Assembly: GCA_964496765.1 (NCBI GenBank)
Contig: CAZCAP010000002.1
Span: forward strand, 98,476-106,864
Source of the DNA: an uncultured archaeon
GTDB taxonomy: Archaea; Iainarchaeota; Iainarchaeia; Iainarchaeales; CSSED10-239
Length of the DNA stretch: 8,389 bases
Direction of reading: 5' to 3'
The translations under genes and the position numbers were made by a program. The notes under the pieces were generated by a model. The model ran no database searches, was not told the origin of the DNA, and saw nothing but the letters and a program-made list of their open reading frames with translations. This document shows positions 6,196-8,389 of the stretch, in pieces (the first letter of the stretch is position 1; every line of letters begins with the position of its first letter).

Positions 6196-6202
6196 TAAGA
6201 AA

Positions 6203-6289
6203 ATGAAAAACATAAATGTAAGGAAAGTAGTAGCTGGAGTAGCTGCACTTGGTATTTCAGCAATGTTCGCTGGTGCTGTAGTAGCTGCT
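6203..6289 (+). other. Sec-type signal peptide of the S-layer protein
   Basis: 'MKNINVRK' is a basic n-region and 'VVAGVAALGISAMFAGAVVAA' is the hydrophobic core. The small-residue cleavage context is VVA-A / VAA-N, around aa 28-29. Confidence 0.7.
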
Positions 6290-8389
6290 AACGTTACAGA
6301 TGCTACATGGATAGCTCCAAACGCTTTAACCAAAGCTGACCTTTTCACAAACGGAGTTCCTGCATATAACATCGTACTTGGATCAATGGCAATGCCAGTT
6401 GACGTAGTATGGGCAGGTAACATCGCAGCAGCTATCGGAAAGAAAGCATACACAACAACATCTGCAGGCGGATCAGCAACTTTAGGCGACGTTGTAGTTG
6501 AAGTTGGAACATCAGGAGCAACAACAATATCTGGTGACGGTAAGTTATTTAATGACTGGGTACTAGGAACCGCTTCAGAAGAAACACTCGATGATTCTGA
6601 CTACACATTATTAAAGGATTATGATGTAAAAGTTGATGATTCATTGTTTACAGATGATTCTGAGAATGTAAAAGATAAGATTGGATTAACTGCAACAATT
6701 GCATTCGATTCTGACAAAGATGTTGCTGATTTAACAGCTACAATCCTAAAGAAAAATATCGATTACAATATAGAATTTACTCCTGCAATAAAATTGGGTG
6801 CTGATGATTCTGGAAGTCCAGATATGAAGTTCAATTTAATGGGTAAGCAATATACTGTTGAAGATTGGGATGGTGCTGTTTTAAAGTTAGTTCAAAATAA
6901 AGCAACTACACCATATTCTGTAGGAGATACTTTTGAATTAGAAGGATATACAATTGAAGTATTAACAATCCTTGAGGCATCATCAGCAGGATCTACATTT
7001 GAAGTTGAAATGTCTATAAGTGAAGATGGCGTAGTTAAAGCAACAGAAGTATACGCTGATGGAGAAACAATATTTGATGAATTCTTAACAATTGATACAT
7101 CTATTGATACTGTATACAATACAAGAATAACTGTTGTTTCTGGAACTAGTGCAAGAATGACCATAGAAAATGGAAAAGTTATTAAAGATTTCCCAAATAC
7201 AGGTGATAAAATCTGGTTTGCTGATTTAACAGAAGATGGATCTAATGGTTTATCAAAAATTAACATCTACAATAACGATGTAGATATTCAATGGAAAGAT
7301 GAAGATGCATTAAGAGTTGGAGATAAGATAACTTTACCAAACGACTTTGCTGAAATTGAATTCCTTGGATTAACAGAGGAATCTTCAAAAGTAGTAACTG
7401 TTGAAAACAATGTTTTATCATACACAGATATTACAGATGATGACCATGATTTATTTGTTTATGAAGAAGACACAGGAACATATAATTCAGGTGACACATA
7501 TACAACAACTAGTGAAATTGATGGTAAGAACTTGTATTTCACATTCACTACAGCAGTAGAAGCTGCAGTTGGAACATGGGATACCTGGGCAAACGGTGCA
7601 GATTCACCATATGGTGTAATTAATACAGGAACACAACAAGATGGTTATTTCACTGTTCAGTTAGATGATACAGATGGAAAGTACTTAACTGCAGATGCAG
7701 CAAACCCAACAACATGGACATGGGCAACAGAAGCAGTAGCTGGAACACCAGACATCTTACAAAAGATAGTTTACAACTCAGATGAATTTACTTCATTAAT
7801 GATACCATTATACAATAATGAAGCAAGAAAAATTGCATATGGTGTGTATGTAAGCGAATCTAGTAATTTAGTAATAGACCAAATTGGTATTGGTTTAGCT
7901 GAAGGTGCAGTAGGAACAATGGAAACAGGACAAACATGGACTGTTGGAGATATCTATATTGGAATAGATTCTGCTACAACAAAAACAGGTACATTCGTTG
8001 GTTCTACTACAGCAGTAACTGATGCAACAATCGCTAGTACAGATATGAAATCAATGTTTGAATTAAAAGTTACAGACGGTACAGATACAGCTGTAGCACA
8101 TATTGATGCATATACTGGTGATCTTGTAGATACAAGTGACAATGATTATTTCACTGGGTTACCTAACCAAGTTGAAATCGACACTGGTACAGATTATGCA
8201 TTAAACCAAGATAACTCTGATGATTTAACATGGGGTTATACAGAATTTGGTTCAAAGATTGAAGTTGATGGTGGATTATTCACTGCAACAGTTCCTGAAA
8301 AACAACTTTACGGACAAATCTTCATTGGTGGTGGAACATCATCTTCAACCACATTAAATGGTGGAGAAGTAACTTTAACAACTGTTGGC
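6203..8389 (+). CDS. S-layer-type surface protein precursor (S_layer_N-like N-terminal domain), 3'-truncated by the window edge
   Basis: I read all 729 codons from ATG 6203 to nt 8389 and found no stop. It is not in the supplied ORF track. There is an N-terminal signal peptide, followed by 'KADLFTNGVPAYNIVLGSMAMPVDVVWAGNIAAAIGKKAY', which matches the conserved N-terminal block of Methanococcales/Thermococcales S-layer proteins (PF05123) as I recall it. The protein is acidic, rich in Thr/Asp/Gly/Val/Ala and Cys-free. Codon bias is strong (GCA/GCT, GTA/GTT, ACA, GGT/GGA, GAT, GAA). An alternative in-frame ATG at 6188 would add MRCKK. Confidence 0.85.
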   Translation, partial: MKNINVRKVVAGVAALGISAMFAGAVVAANVTDATWIAPNALTKADLFTNGVPAYNIVLGSMAMPVDVVWAGNIAAAIGKKAYTTTSAGGSATLGDVVVEVGTSGATTISGDGKLFNDWVLGTASEETLDDSDYTLLKDYDVKVDDSLFTDDSENVKDKIGLTATIAFDSDKDVADLTATILKKNIDYNIEFTPAIKLGADDSGSPDMKFNLMGKQYTVEDWDGAVLKLVQNKATTPYSVGDTFELEGYTIEVLTILEASSAGSTFEVEMSISEDGVVKATEVYADGETIFDEFLTIDTSIDTVYNTRITVVSGTSARMTIENGKVIKDFPNTGDKIWFADLTEDGSNGLSKINIYNNDVDIQWKDEDALRVGDKITLPNDFAEIEFLGLTEESSKVVTVENNVLSYTDITDDDHDLFVYEEDTGTYNSGDTYTTTSEIDGKNLYFTFTTAVEAAVGTWDTWANGADSPYGVINTGTQQDGYFTVQLDDTDGKYLTADAANPTTWTWATEAVAGTPDILQKIVYNSDEFTSLMIPLYNNEARKIAYGVYVSESSNLVIDQIGIGLAEGAVGTMETGQTWTVGDIYIGIDSATTKTGTFVGSTTAVTDATIASTDMKSMFELKVTDGTDTAVAHIDAYTGDLVDTSDNDYFTGLPNQVEIDTGTDYALNQDNSDDLTWGYTEFGSKIEVDGGLFTATVPEKQLYGQIFIGGGTSSSTTLNGGEVTLTTVG

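Noticed and set aside
6160-6453. Track ORF, minus strand, 97 aa (MYAFFPIAAAMLPAHTTS...)
   Set aside because: It is antisense to the start, signal peptide and S_layer_N block of the plus-strand S-layer gene. The translation is low-complexity Ala/Thr/Phe-rich, there is no start context, and the plus frame has far stronger coding signatures.
6892-7266. Track ORF, minus strand, 124 aa
   Set aside because: Antisense shadow inside the 729-codon S-layer ORF. The Ser/Val/Thr/Ile-rich translation is what the reverse complement of GAT/ACA/GTA/GAA-biased codons would give.
7954-8142. Track ORF, minus strand, 62 aa
   Set aside because: Antisense shadow inside the S-layer ORF, for the same reasons.
1-8389. 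Search for CRISPR arrays, tRNA/rRNA genes, transposases, integrases and long tandem repeats
   Set aside because: I found no regularly spaced direct repeats, no cloverleaf-compatible GC-rich segments and no recombinase-like ORFs. The only repeats seen are the short ones reported above.

Overview
AT-rich window that looks archaeal. The evidence is an endonuclease Q gene, an S_layer_N-type surface protein, and TATA-like boxes 22-30 nt upstream of several start codons. I support nine protein genes. (1) A 5'-truncated PRPP synthetase (prs). (2-3) A low-GC PIN toxin plus an RHH::UPF0175-like antitoxin pair, in toxin-first order. (4-5) A minus-strand operon of a small BofA-like membrane protein and a PHP-domain/Zn-finger endonuclease Q. 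(6) A 228-aa orphan protein. (7-8) A very low-GC, translationally coupled pair: a tandem winged-helix regulator and a minimal Pol-beta-type nucleotidyltransferase. This AbiEi/AbiEii-like architecture is my best candidate for an uncharacterised defence or toxin-antitoxin module. (9) A large, highly codon-biased S-layer-type secreted protein, open for 729 codons from 6203 to the window end. Gene 9 is absent from the supplied ORF track, presumably because it has no in-window stop. All three minus-strand track ORFs at 6160-8142 are its antisense shadows. A ~400-nt non-coding region (5805-6202) lies upstream of the S-layer gene. I found no tRNA, rRNA, CRISPR array, transposase or integrase. Family assignments come from motif recognition by eye and recalled family consensus, not from searches.
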